Source: Pristiophorus japonicus
Lineage: Eukaryota
Direction: 5' to 3'
NCBI RefSeq assembly: GCF_044704955.1
Contig: NW_027254464.1
Coordinates: 1 to 64,000, forward strand
DNA: 64,000 nt
The translations under genes and the position numbers were made by a program. The notes under the pieces were generated by a model, which had not been told where the DNA came from, ran no database searches, and worked only from the letters and a program-made list of their open reading frames with translations. This document shows positions 50,306 through 61,823 of the stretch, in pieces (position 1 is the stretch's first letter; each line of letters opens with the position of its first letter).

Positions 50306-52936
50306 ATTCCAAAGGGCAGAAAATGCTGGTGGGAGTTGCGTAGAGACCTCCAAACAGTAGTAGTGATGTTGGGGAGGGCATCAAACAGGAAATTAGGGGT
50401 GCATGCAATAAGGGTGCAGCAGTTATCATGGGTGACTTTAATATGCATATAGATTGGGCTAACCAAACTGGAAGCAATACGGTGGAGGAGGATTTCCTGG
50501 AATGCATTGGGGATGGTTTTCTAGACCAATATGTCGAGGAACCAACTAGGGGGGAGGCCATCTTAGACTGGGTGTTGTGTAATGAGAGAGGATTAATTAT
50601 CAATCTCGTTGTGCGAGGCCCCTTTGGGAAGAGTGACCATAATATGGTGGAATTCTACTTTCGGATAGAGAATGAAACAGTTAATTCAGAGACCATGGTC
50701 CAGAACTTAAAGAAGGGTAACTTTGAAGGTATGAGGCGTGAATAGGCTAGGATAGATTGGCGAATGATACTTAAGGAGTTGACAGTGGATGGGCAATGGC
50801 AGACATTTAGAGACTGCATGGATGAACTACAACAATTGTACATCCCTGTCTGGCGTAAAAATAAAAAAGGGAAGGTGGCTCAACCGTGGCTATCAAGGGA
50901 AATCAGGGATAGTATTAAAGTAAGGAAGTGGCATACAAATTGGCCAGAAATAGCAACGAACCGGGAACTGGGAGAAATTTAGAACTCAGCAGAGGAGGAC
51001 AAAGGGTTTGATTAGGGCAGGGAAAATAGAGTACGAGAGGAAGCTTGCAGGGAACATTTAGACAGACTGCAAAAGCTTCTATAGATATGTAAAGAGAAAA
51101 AGGTTAGTAAAGACAAACGTAGGTCCCCTGCAGTCAGAATCAGGGGAAGTCATAACGGGGAACAAAGAAATAGCAGACCAATTGAACAAGCACTTTGGTT
51201 CGGTATTCACTAAGGAGGACACAGACAACCTTCCGGATATAAAAGGGGTCAGAGGGTCTAGTAAGAAGGATGGACTGAGGGAAATCCTTATTAGTCGGGA
51301 AATTGTGTTGGGGAAATTGATGGGATTGAAGGCTGATAAATCCCCAGGGCCTGATGGTCTGCATCCCGGAGTACTTAAGGAGGTGGCCTTGGAAATAGCG
51401 GATGCATTGACAGTCATTTTCCAATATTCCATAGATTCTGGATCAGTTCCTATGGAGTGGAGGGTAGGCAATATAACCCCACTTTTTAAAAAAGGAGGGA
51501 GAGAGAAAACAGGGAATTATAGATCTGTCAGCCTGACATCGGTAGTGGGTAAAATGATGGAATCAATTATTAAGGATGTCATAACTGCGCATTTGGAAAG
51601 AGGTGACATGATAGGTCCAAGTCAGTATGGATTTGTGAAAGGGAAATCATGCTTGACAAATCTTCTGGAATTTTTTGAGGATGTTTCCAGTAGAATGGAC
51701 AAGGGAGAACCAGTTGATGTGGTGTATTTGGACTTTCAGAAGGCTTTCGACAAGGTCCCACACAAGAGATTAATGTGCAAAGTTAAAGCACATGGGATTT
51801 GGGAAGTGTGCTGACGTGGATTGAGAACTGGTTGGCAGACAGGAAGCAAAGAGTAGGAGTAAATGGGTACTTTTCAGAATGGCAGGCAGTAACTAGTGGG
51901 GTACCGCAAGGTTCTGTGCTGGGACCCCAGCTGTGTACATTGTACATTAATGATTTAGACGAGGGGATTAAATGCAGTATCTCCAAATTTGCGGATGACA
52001 CTAAGTTGGGTGACAGTGTGAGATGCGAGGAGGATGCGATGAGGCTGCAGAGTGACTTGGATAGGTTAGGTGAGTGGGCAAATGCATGGCAGATGAAATA
52101 TAATGTGGATAAATGTGAGGTTATCCATTTTGGTGGTGAAAACAGAGAGACAGACTATTATCTGAATGGTGACAGATTAGGAAAAGGGGAGGTGCAACAA
52201 GACTTGGGTGTCATCCTACATCAGTCATTGAAGGTTGGCATGCAGGTACAGCAGGCGGTTAAGAAAGCAAATGGCATGTTGGCCTTCATAGCGGGGGGAT
52301 TTGAGTACAGGGGCAGGGAGGTGTACCAAAACAGTGCACCAAAACTGTACCCAATACTCCAATACACCGGGACTATTGTGTACAGTTTTGGTCACCTAAC
52401 CTGAGGAAGGACATTCTTGCTATTGAGCGAGTGCAGCAAAGGTTCACCATACTGATTCCTGGGATGGCGGGACTGACATATCAAGAAAGACAGGATCAAC
52501 TGGGCTTGTATTCACTGAACTTCAGAAGAATGAGAGGGGATCTCATAGAACCGTTTAAAATTCTGACGGGTTTAGACAGGTTAGATGCAGGAAAAATGTT
52601 CTCAATGTTAGGGAAGTCCAGAACCAGGGGTCGCAGTCTAAGGATAAGATGTAAGCCATTTAGGACCGAGATGAGGAGAAACTTCTTCACCCAGAGAGAT
52701 GTGAACCTGTGGAATTATCTACCACAGAAAGGTGTTGAGGCCAATTCACTAAATATATTCAAATATGAGTTAGATGTAGTCCTTACTACTAGGGGGATCA
52801 AGGGGTATGGCGAGAAAGCAGGAATGGGGTACTGAAGTTGCATGTTCAGCCATGAACGCATTGAATGGCGGTGCAGGCTCGAAGGGCCGAATGGCCTACT
52901 CCTGCACCTATTTTCTATGTTTTCTATGTTTCTATG
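50305..52936 (+). mobile_element. CR1/HER1-like LINE, 5'-truncated in the endonuclease
   Basis: ORFs 50428-50745, 51182-51814, 51799-52404 and 52431-52835; (TTCTATGT) tail. Confidence 0.93.
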
Positions 52937-53059
52937 TAAGATTCGAAATCCGTTACTTTCTGTATCAGTTAACCCGGTTTTGGAACCGATTGAATTTAAC
53001 AAACTCATCCACACATTTTACACGTGATAGCCTGTGAAATACCGTGATATTTGTAATTG

Positions 53060-53700
53060 TTATTGCCACAAACTCCGTTCCCTAGTCACTGATTCCATCC
53101 CTATCCCCAACTTCTGGCTGACGCTGAACCAGTCTGTTCACATCCTTGGTGCCATACTTAACCCTAAAATAAGTTTTTGACCACATATCCACAGCATAAC
53201 TAAGATTGCCTATTTCCACCTCTGTAACATCGCCCGTCTCTGCTCTTGCCTCAGCTCATCCACTGCTGAAGCTCTCATCCATGCCTTTGTTACTTCTGGT
53301 CTTGACAATTCCAACGCACTCCTCCCACATTCTACCCTACATAAACTAGAGTTGATCCAAAACTCGGCTGCCCGTGTCCTAACTCACACCAAGTCCTGCT
53401 CACCTATCACCCCTCTGCTCGCTGACCTACACTGGCTTTTATTAAGCAACGCCTTGAGTTCAAAATTCTAATACTTATTTTCAAATCCCTCCGTGGTCTC
53501 GCCCCTCCCGAGCTCTGTAAACTCCTCCAGCCCCACATCTGCTCCCCCCACTCCCCACACACCGGCCAAAAAGATATCTGCCTTCCTGAGCATCCCTAAT
53601 TATAATTGTTCAACCACTGGTGGCTTTGTTGGCTGTGCCTTCTGTTGCCCAGGCCCCAAGTTCTGGAATGCCCAGCTTGAATCTTCCTGCCTAACCCGTG
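53060..53700 (+). mobile_element. L2 LINE 3' fragment
   Basis: AEALIHAFVTSGLDNSNALL...IQNSAARVLT..SPITPLLADLHWL. Confidence 0.85.
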
Positions 53701-53707
53701 CTGTACC

Positions 53708-54646
53708 CCACTATCACTAGGGGGTACTGCTGGACAGGCTAATGGGACGCAAGGTAGACAAATCCCTTGGTCCTGATGAAATGCATCCCAGGGTATTAAA
53801 AGAGATGGCAGAAGTTATAGCAGATGCATTCGTTATAATCTACCAAGATTCTCTGGATTCTGGGCAGGTACCAGCGGATTGGAAAGCAGCTAATGTAACG
53901 CCTCTGTTTAAAAAAAGGGGCAGACAAAAGGCAGGTAACTATAGGCCAGTTAGTTTAACATCTGTCGTGGGGAAAATGCTTGAAACTATCATGAAGGAAG
54001 AAATAGCGGGACATCTAGATAGGAATAGTGCAATCAAGCAGACGCAGCATGGATTCATGAAGGGGAAATCATGTTTAACTAATTTACTGGAATTCTTTGA
54101 GGATATAACGAGCATGGTGGATCGAGGTGTACCGATGGATGTGGTGTATTTAGATTTCCAAAAGGCATTCGATAAGGTGCCACACAAAAGGTTACTGCAG
54201 AAGATAGAGATACGTGGAGTCAGAGGAAATGTATTAGCATGGATAGAGAATTGGCTGGCGAACAGAAAGCAGAGCGTCGGGATAAATGGGTCCTTTTCGG
54301 GTTGGAAATCGGTGGTTAGTGGTGTGCCACAGGGATTGGTGCTGGGAGCATAATTGTTCACAAAATACATAGATGACCTGGAAGAGGGGACAGAGTGTAG
54401 TGTAACAAAAATTGCAGATGACACAAAGATTCATGGGAAAGCGGGTTGTGTAGAGCACACAGAGAGGCTGCAAAGAGATTTAGATAGGTTAAACGAATGG
54501 GCTAAGGTTTGGCAGATGGAATACAATGTCGGAAAGTGTGAGGTCATCCACCTTGGGAAAAAAAATAGTAAAAGGGATATTATTTGAATGAGGAGAAATT
54601 ACAACATGCTGAGGTGCAGAGGGACCTGGGGGCCCTTGTGCATGAA
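53708..54646 (+). mobile_element. CR1 LINE RT fragment, host of the Tx1 array; sequence stops at ...RDLGALVHE
   Basis: ORFs 53742-54353 and 54354-54587, very similar to the 20695-22770 subfamily; ends at cccttgtgcatgaa (54633-54646). Confidence 0.93.
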
Positions 54647-54823
54647 ATGTTTCTGTTCTCCTCCTCTCCCTCTGGGTAAAAGTGGGTGTTGAAGCCCCTT
54701 TCTTCCTTCTCTTCCTGGGCTGGTCTCAGGGCTCTCCAGGCAGGAGCTCAAGTTGCTAGCTGCTCTCCTCACTGCTCACAGCTCCAACTGAGCAGGCCAC
54801 GCCTCTACTGCTCCACGATTGGT
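54647..54823 (-). mobile_element. 5'-terminal about 175 bp of a Tx1-like element
   Basis: Homologous to about 61625-61809 (ccaatcgtggagcagt.gaggcgtggcct...gagccctgagaccagcccaggaa). Confidence 0.85.
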
Positions 54824-55058
54824 TCCTTATGCATGAAACTCTTTTGAGTTAACCTGCAAAACATAAAACATGTATCCGTGCCACCCGACCTGGATGACAC
54901 ACACAAGACATTTACAAGGCCCTTTTTTGTTTTTTTTTTGGTTTTTTTTTTTGGGCACTAAAATCAAATTTTTCCTTTTTTCCAGTGCCCCCTATAAAAG
55001 GAGAGGGGGACACTAAAAGCACCGGCAATTAAAACAAATTAAACTTTAAAACGTAAAA

Positions 55059-58000
55059 TCAAATTAAAATTTGGTTGCCGGGCGTGATGATGCACTCCAG
55101 TCCCTCCGGTGCCCACCTCTCGCGGAAGGCCGCGAGCGCACCGGTGGACACCGCGTGCTCCATCTCCAAGGACACCCTGGACCGGATGTAAGAGCGGAAG
55201 AGAGGCAGGCAGTCAGGTTGAACGACCCCCTCGACCGCCCGCTGCCTGGACCGGCTGATGGCACCCTTGGCCGTGCCCAGGAGCAGTCCTACGAGGAGGC
55301 CTTCAGACCTACCCGCTCCCCTCCGCACAGGGTGCCCAAAGATCAGGAGAGTGGGACTGAAGTGCAGCCAGAATTTCAGGAGCAGCCCCTTCAAATAGTG
55401 GAACAGGGGCTGCAACCTTGTGCATTCAATAAAAACATGGAACACGGACTCCTCCAGACCGCAGAAATTGCAGGCGGCCTGGGAGTCCGTGAACCGGCTT
55501 AAAAATTTATTGCACGGCACTGCTCCGTGCACCACCCTCCAGGCCAAGTCCCCGATGAATAGTGGGAGGACCCCTGTGTAGAGTGCCCTCCATCGGGGAC
55601 CCCCGCCTCCTCCGGACGGCAAGATGGTACGCCATGGCGTGTCCGGACGGCCAGCGAGGATGGCAAAGTTGAGGGTGTGCAGGAGCAGCCCGTACAGGAA
55701 ACCCCTCCGCGCGGAACTGAAAGGCACGGAGGGGATTTCCCCGAGGCGGCTCAAGTTGTGAGGCGCCGGCCCCCGAGGGAGGTTCCGGGGTTTGGCGCCG
55801 ATGAGGAATTCCGTCCGGACAGGGGTCAGTTCGGACGGGATCTCCCCACGTGCTTGAGCCTCCTCGATACACCTAACGGAGTCAGGGCCCAGAGCTGTTT
55901 TTAGCGACTCGATGGCATCGGCCGCGTGGCGGACGTTGGCAGAATTTAGGCGCCGCGCCAGCGTGTCTGGCGCCATCCAGCCCGCTCCTCCGCCATCGAG
56001 CAGGTCCCTGACCCTGGTCACCTCACCAGCCACAGCCCTCTCTTCCGACCGCCACATAAAGCCTCGGCCGTGGAGGTACGGATTCCCGAGCAGCGGCTCC
56101 TGCAGGACGGCCGCCACTCCAGCCGGCGGAGAGCTGCGCTTGGTGGAGACTTTGTTCCAGACCCTGATGAGTTCCCTGTAAAAGACAGGCAGCTCCCGGA
56201 GGGCGGTCCTGGCACCCCCCAAGTTCACAAACAGGAGCTGCGTGTCATAATTGAGGTCGAGCTGCTGGCGGAAGAAATACCTCGCCAGAGTGCACCACCT
56301 AGGAGGGGGCTCGACGTAAAGGTATCTCTGCAGGGTCTGAAGACGGAAAGTCGCGAGCTGGGCGCTGACGCACACCAACGACTGACCGCCCTCCTCAAGC
56401 GGGAGACTCAAGACCGCAGCAGAGACCCAGTGCTTCCTGTTGTTCCAGAAGAAGTCCACCAGCTTCTTCTGTATCTTGGCGACAAACGCAGGGGGAGGGG
56501 TCAAAGTGACCAGCCGGTACCACAACATTGCGGCCACCAGCTGGTTTATGACTAGCGCTCGACCCCTGTAGGACAGCACTCGGAGCAGTCCTGTCCAGCG
56601 CCCTAGGCGAGCGGCGACCTTGGCCTCCAGCTCCTGCCAGTTAACCGGCCAGGCTCCCTCGTCGGGGCTAAGGTAGACTCCCAGATAGAGGAGATGGGTC
56701 GTGCTCCAGGCAAAAGGCCTGAGCTCCTCCGGCAGGGAGTCCACCCGCACTGACCCACCAGGAGTCCGGAACATTTCTCCCAGTTGATCCTGGCGGAGGA
56801 CGCGGCCGAGTAAATCTCCTGGCACTCATGCATCCTCCGCAGGTCAGCGGGATCCTCTACCGCGAGGAGCACGTCATCGGCGTAAGCCGAGAGGACGACC
56901 TCCACGCCCGGCCCTTGCAGAGCCAGTCCCGTCAACCTCGTCCGCAAGAGGCGCAGGAAAGGCTCCACGCAAACAGCATATAACTGGCCGGACATGGGGC
57001 ATCCCTGGCGCACCCCTCTCCCAAAGCGAAGGGGCGCCGTCAAGGACCCGTTAACCTTAATCAGACACTCCGCGGCGGCGTACAAAAGTCGGATCCGGGC
57101 GACGAAATGCGTCCCGAACCCGAAAGCGCGCAGAGTTCCGAGCAGATAGTCGTGATCCACCCTGTCGAACGCCTTCTCTTGGTCGAGAGATAGGAAGGCG
57201 ACCAACAGACCAACCTCCTGGGAATGATGGATGAGATCCCGGACCAGATGAATGTTGTCGTGGATTGTCCGGCCCGGGACCGTGGAGGACTGGTCGGGGT
57301 GGATCATGTGGTCCAGCACGGCACCAAGGTGAGCAGACATCGCCCTGGCGAAGATTTTATAGTCCGTGCTGAGGAGGGAGACCGGGCGCCAGTTCTTAAG
57401 GAGGCGGAGATCGCCCTTCTTAGGCAGCAGGACGATGACTGCCCTGCGCCAAGAGGGGGGCATCTCCCCGGTCGCCAGACTTTCCCCCAGGACTCGCGTG
57501 TAGTCGCCCCCCAGGACGTCCCAGAACGCCCTGTGGAGCTCCACGGTCAGCCTGTCCAGCCCCGGGGATTTTCCCCTCGAGAGCCAGTCGAGGGCACCGG
57601 TCAGCTCCGCCAGGCTTAGCGGAGCTTCCAGATTTTCGGCGCCATCCGGGCTGACCTTCGGCAGGTCCTCCCACAAAACTCTACGCGCTTCCTCGCTGGA
57701 CGGCTCCGGAGACAATAGGGCCCCGTAATATTACGGGCCCTGTTGTTGACGCCCTCCGGATACGAGACGAGAGAGCCGTCGTCGGCCAGCAGCGTCAAGA
57801 GCTGCTTACGGACACCGTGTCTTTTTTCCAGCGAGTAGAAGGGGGAGCCGCGGTCCAGATCCCGCAGGAACCGGATCCGCGACCTCACAAACGCGCCTCG
57901 GGACCCGACGAGCTGCAGGTCGTTCAGCGCGGCCTTCTTCGCTTCGTACACCGTCCGCAGGGCTGGGTCCACGACGACTTGACCGAGACGGGCCTCCAGG

Positions 58001-58892
58001 TCCAGCACCTCTTTTTCTAGGCGCCCGACCCTGGCCGCCCGCCTCTTGGTCGCCCCCCTCGCGTACTCTTGACAGAAGACACGGACATGAGCCTTGCCCA
58101 TGTCCCACCGTAGCCTCAAGGAGGGGAAGTCCCCCTGCTTCCTTCTCCAGTCGGCCCAGAAACGACGGAACGAGTCCTGGAACCGCACGTCCTCCAGCAG
58201 CTGGTTGTTAAAATGCCAGTACGTGGACCCCGTCCTCGCGTGGAGCGAAGCGAGCTCCGCCCACACCAGGTGGTGGTCCAAACACAGCACCGGCCGCATG
58301 GAGGCCGCTGGGACGCAGGAAACGTACGCCCGAGACACGTAAAGGCGGTCGACTCTGGACCATCCTACTCCAGGCCTCACCCAAGTAAAGGCGCTGGAGT
58401 CGGGAGGGAGATTTCGCCAGACGTCCACCAAGTCGAAGGACCCGACCAGGTCCCTCAACTTCTCCATCGCCGTCATGCACTGCGGGACACCGGAGCGGTC
58501 CCTCGCCTCGAGGGTGCAGTTAAAATCCCCCCCGAGGACAATGCAGTCGCCGACGTCGACGGAGCCAAGAAGAGCGGACACCTCTTCGAAGAAGCGCGTT
58601 TGCTGCGGGCTGGGCTGAGGGGCGCACACGTTCACGAGATGGAGCGGCACATCCCCCAGGCGAACCGTTACGTGCAGCAAGCGGCCTGGCACGGGCTCCT
58701 CGACCCCCAAGATCTCCGGCTGAAATTGTGAGGCCAGCAAGATGGCCACATGGCTTCGTCTCCCAGAACGGTGTGGGTTTCTTGCAGGAAGCACACCGCA
58801 TATTTCCCCTCCCACAGGAGCGAAAAATTGTTAAATCTACGGTGTGCCTCTCTGCCGCCGTTGATGTTGAGGCTGGCTATGGTTATCTTCAT
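55059..58892 (-). pseudogene. Tx1 ORF2 (APE endonuclease, reverse transcriptase, C-terminal zinc finger) with about 3 frameshifts
   Basis: MKITIASLNING, LQETH, LGGDFNC, SRVDRLY, LDHH, WRPVSLLSTDYKI, LDQEKAFDRV, GVRQGCPMSG, AYADD, CNFC-x7-H-x4-C; breaks near 58750, 57725 and 56745. Confidence 0.92.
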
Positions 58893-58934
58893 GACAAGAG
58901 CATAGTGCAACCTCTACCTAACCTATTGTGGGGG

Positions 58935-60904
58935 AGGGAGTGGAGTCGTTTGTTGACCTCCACTCCTTCAGCAGCCCAGCGAGGAACTTTTTGAGCCGGC
59001 GCAGCTCAAGGCCCTGCGCCTTTGATAAGGGCCCGCCCGCGGCCATGTTTTAGGCGGTGGCGCGGACGGAAGCGACGAGCAACACCGGCTCAGACCATCT
59101 TTCCAGGGCCAGACGGGCTTGGTCGCGGCGAACCCGGCACTAGACCAAAAAATCCCGGAGTTCCTTTGCAGGAATGAGGAGGGTCTCAGCGGTGGACGCG
59201 AGCAGATCCACCGCCTCACTGGCGATGGACTCTAGATCTTCTCCCGCGTCCCCCAGCGAGTCCCCATCCTCCCCCGGGAGGTCGCCGCTAGCAGCCAGCC
59301 CGTCGACCGCACGAGGTACGGCAAACGACCCGGCCGCTCCATCCGGCCCTGGCTCTGCCCCGATCCCACCCCCAGGATCGTCGACAGAGGAGTCCCCACT
59401 GGGCTCTTTTAAAATTGGTGCTGGGTCGGGAAGCGACAGCGGAAGGGGTTCCTCGTCCACCCCAGGAGGCGGGGAACACGGAGAGACCTGGTTTAGGAAA
59501 ATCTCCAGGTCCACCAAGTCCCTCAGCTCCAAAGTAGGGGGCGAGGGTTCTTCCCCCTCCCCGCCGCCACCCACCGGCCCAGCGTGTGGATGTATATTAC
59601 AGTTGTCTGCAGTGTCAGTTTCTGCCGAGTCGAGCATTTTTCCGCTGGCCCCACGCCCCCCACGACAGGCAGATCTTCCACGCCATCGCCGGGAGGCAGA
59701 GGCTGGGCAGCCTCGACTGTCTCACCCTCCTCGGGGACAGATTCCTCTCGCCTACAGCGCAGCTTGGGGGCGCTGGTGGGGGACGCGGGACACGCGGCGG
59801 GCACCGCCTCCTCCGCGGAGGGATGTTGTTCCCCCCCCGCCTCATTGGAGCGGCGCCTCCTCTTTTTCCCGGGGGGGCGCGGAGACAGGGAGACACCCAT
59901 GTCTGCCGAAGCCTACCGCTCCACTCCCCCCTTTTTCTTGTCTTGCCAACGCCCGAACCCCTCTGCGGTATTAGTCAAGGGCTCGGGCACGGGCTCAGGG
60001 CACCCCGCGCTCGCATGTGACGGGGTTGGGCTGAGCGCGGTGGCGCACCGAGGGGACCGGCCTCCGGATGTTTCGCCTTCTTCCGCGCCTTCCTTCCAAT
60101 CAGACACTCTCCCTCCCCCCTGCCGGAGGCCGTGAAAACAAAGGCCCCCAACGATGCCCGCGTACCTACGGCTCCCAGCACGCGGACGCAACTAGGGGGA
60201 GGGGTGGCGGCGGCGCCAGCCTTGGCCGCCTTCGGTGGTTTGACGGCCTTGGAGGCGGGGCAGTTCTTGCGAACTTGCCCCACCTCCCTGCAGGAATGGC
60301 ACCGCACATCGTCCGACGTCCAGAAGACGCGGTAGGCAGTCCCCTCGTGCACCACATTAAAATAGCCCTCCGTCGTCTCCTCCCGCGCCAGCCGGACAAA
60401 GAGCTGGCGGCGGAAGGAGAACACATGGCGCAGGCTGCTCTCCCTGAGGCCGAGCAGTATGGGGTTGATTCCCGACCTTACCTCCCCCAGTTGTTGTAGG
60501 TGAGGGAGGAGGAGCTCAGCGGGAACAAAGGGCGGGACGTTTGAAATGATGACCCTCTGCGCGGTGGCCTCGAGAGGGTCCACCGGCAGGAACGTCCCGC
60601 CCACCGTGAGCCCCTTTTCAAGGGCCAGGGACACCGCCCGCTCCGACCCCAGGAAGAACACGGCCTTCCCAGACATCTTGGAGGCTGCGACAATGGCCGA
60701 GGGGCCGACTACCCCAGCCATCGCCCGAACGCACTCCTCGATGCTCATTGTGGGGTGAGTGTAGCTCTTGACCCCATGTTTCTTGGTGATATGTCTGAAA
60801 GATGGCAGGGCAGCAGGTGGCACAGGAGGTGCCGTGGATGTGGACACCACCTGCGCATATATCCTTGCTGGCCCTGCCACCGGCGTGGATGGGGTCGCCA
60901 TCAC
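58935..60904 (-). pseudogene. Tx1 ORF1 (RNA-binding, zinc knuckle), frameshifted
   Basis: TKKHGVK, VGPSAIVAASKM, VIISNVPPF, HVFSFRRQ and CHSCREVGQVRKNC (knuckle His replaced by Gln), followed by a Pro/acidic low-complexity region split across frames. Confidence 0.85.
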
Positions 60905-61823
60905 GGGGTCCCTTTAAGGGCTACACCCACCCCAAAATCACAGGCCTTAATGGTCTTAATTGGCCTCGTTCAATAAGACTGAGCAGAGGAGCTCTTAACG
61001 AGGCACACCTCTCCCCTAGTTGACAATTGGGGAGGGGCCTTGCTCCCTCTGCTCAGTTGTCTTAATTGTTTTTTTTTATTAAAAAATTAGGAGGAAGGGC
61101 TCTCAGAGAGAGAGGGGAGAGACAGAGAGAGAGAGATAGAGATGAGGGTGTGGGAAAGAGGGAGGCTGCGAGGGCAGGTCTCCCCTCGCAGCAATGGGTG
61201 GGTGCACTCCCCAGATGGCAAAACAAAACACAGTCTTTGGGGTGGTCTTCGGGTGGGGGGAGAAGATGTCTTCACCTGGGACAGCTGGAGCCACACAGGC
61301 ACACACTCCCAACGATGTTAACCAGGGTAATCAATAGTTATCAGCCTGGTAGCTCCAGCTATCCCAGGCTAGGCAATGGGGGAGGGGTGCTTCAATGGTG
61401 TGTGGGGCCTAGTTGTAAGCAAGGCCCCCACACACACTTCCACACACACACACACCCCGCGATGTTCCGGCCCTCGAAAAGTCTTCTTTCCTCCCCCCAC
61501 CAATAAAACAATGTCTTTCGGGGAAATGCACCAACACCCACCTGTAGAATGTTGTAGAATCTCCCTCCTTCCACACAGGTTGTTGTTTTTTCCCACTCTC
61601 TCCAACAGTAATAAAGCTGGTATTTTTTCTGCGCTCCTCCTCGCCCTCCGGATGTTGATTGGGTAGCAAGCCAGCCCTTCCCTCCTATTCCTGGGCTGGT
61701 CTCAGGGCTCACTCCAGGCCGTCCAAACAGGAGCAAAGCAGGTAGCTACTTCTCTCTCTGCAGCTCAGCTCCAATTGAATAGGCCACGCCTCCACTGCTC
61801 CACGATTGGTCCTTGTGCATGAA

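Larger units (their letters stand above)
54838..61809 (-). mobile_element. Full-length (about 7 kb) Tx1-clade non-LTR retrotransposon, frameshifted
   Basis: About 900-bp 5' UTR, ORF1, ORF2 (endonuclease, RT, zinc finger) and about 220-bp 3' UTR; flanked by TCCTT(A/G)TGCATGAA at 54824-54837 and 61810-61823. Confidence 0.92.
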
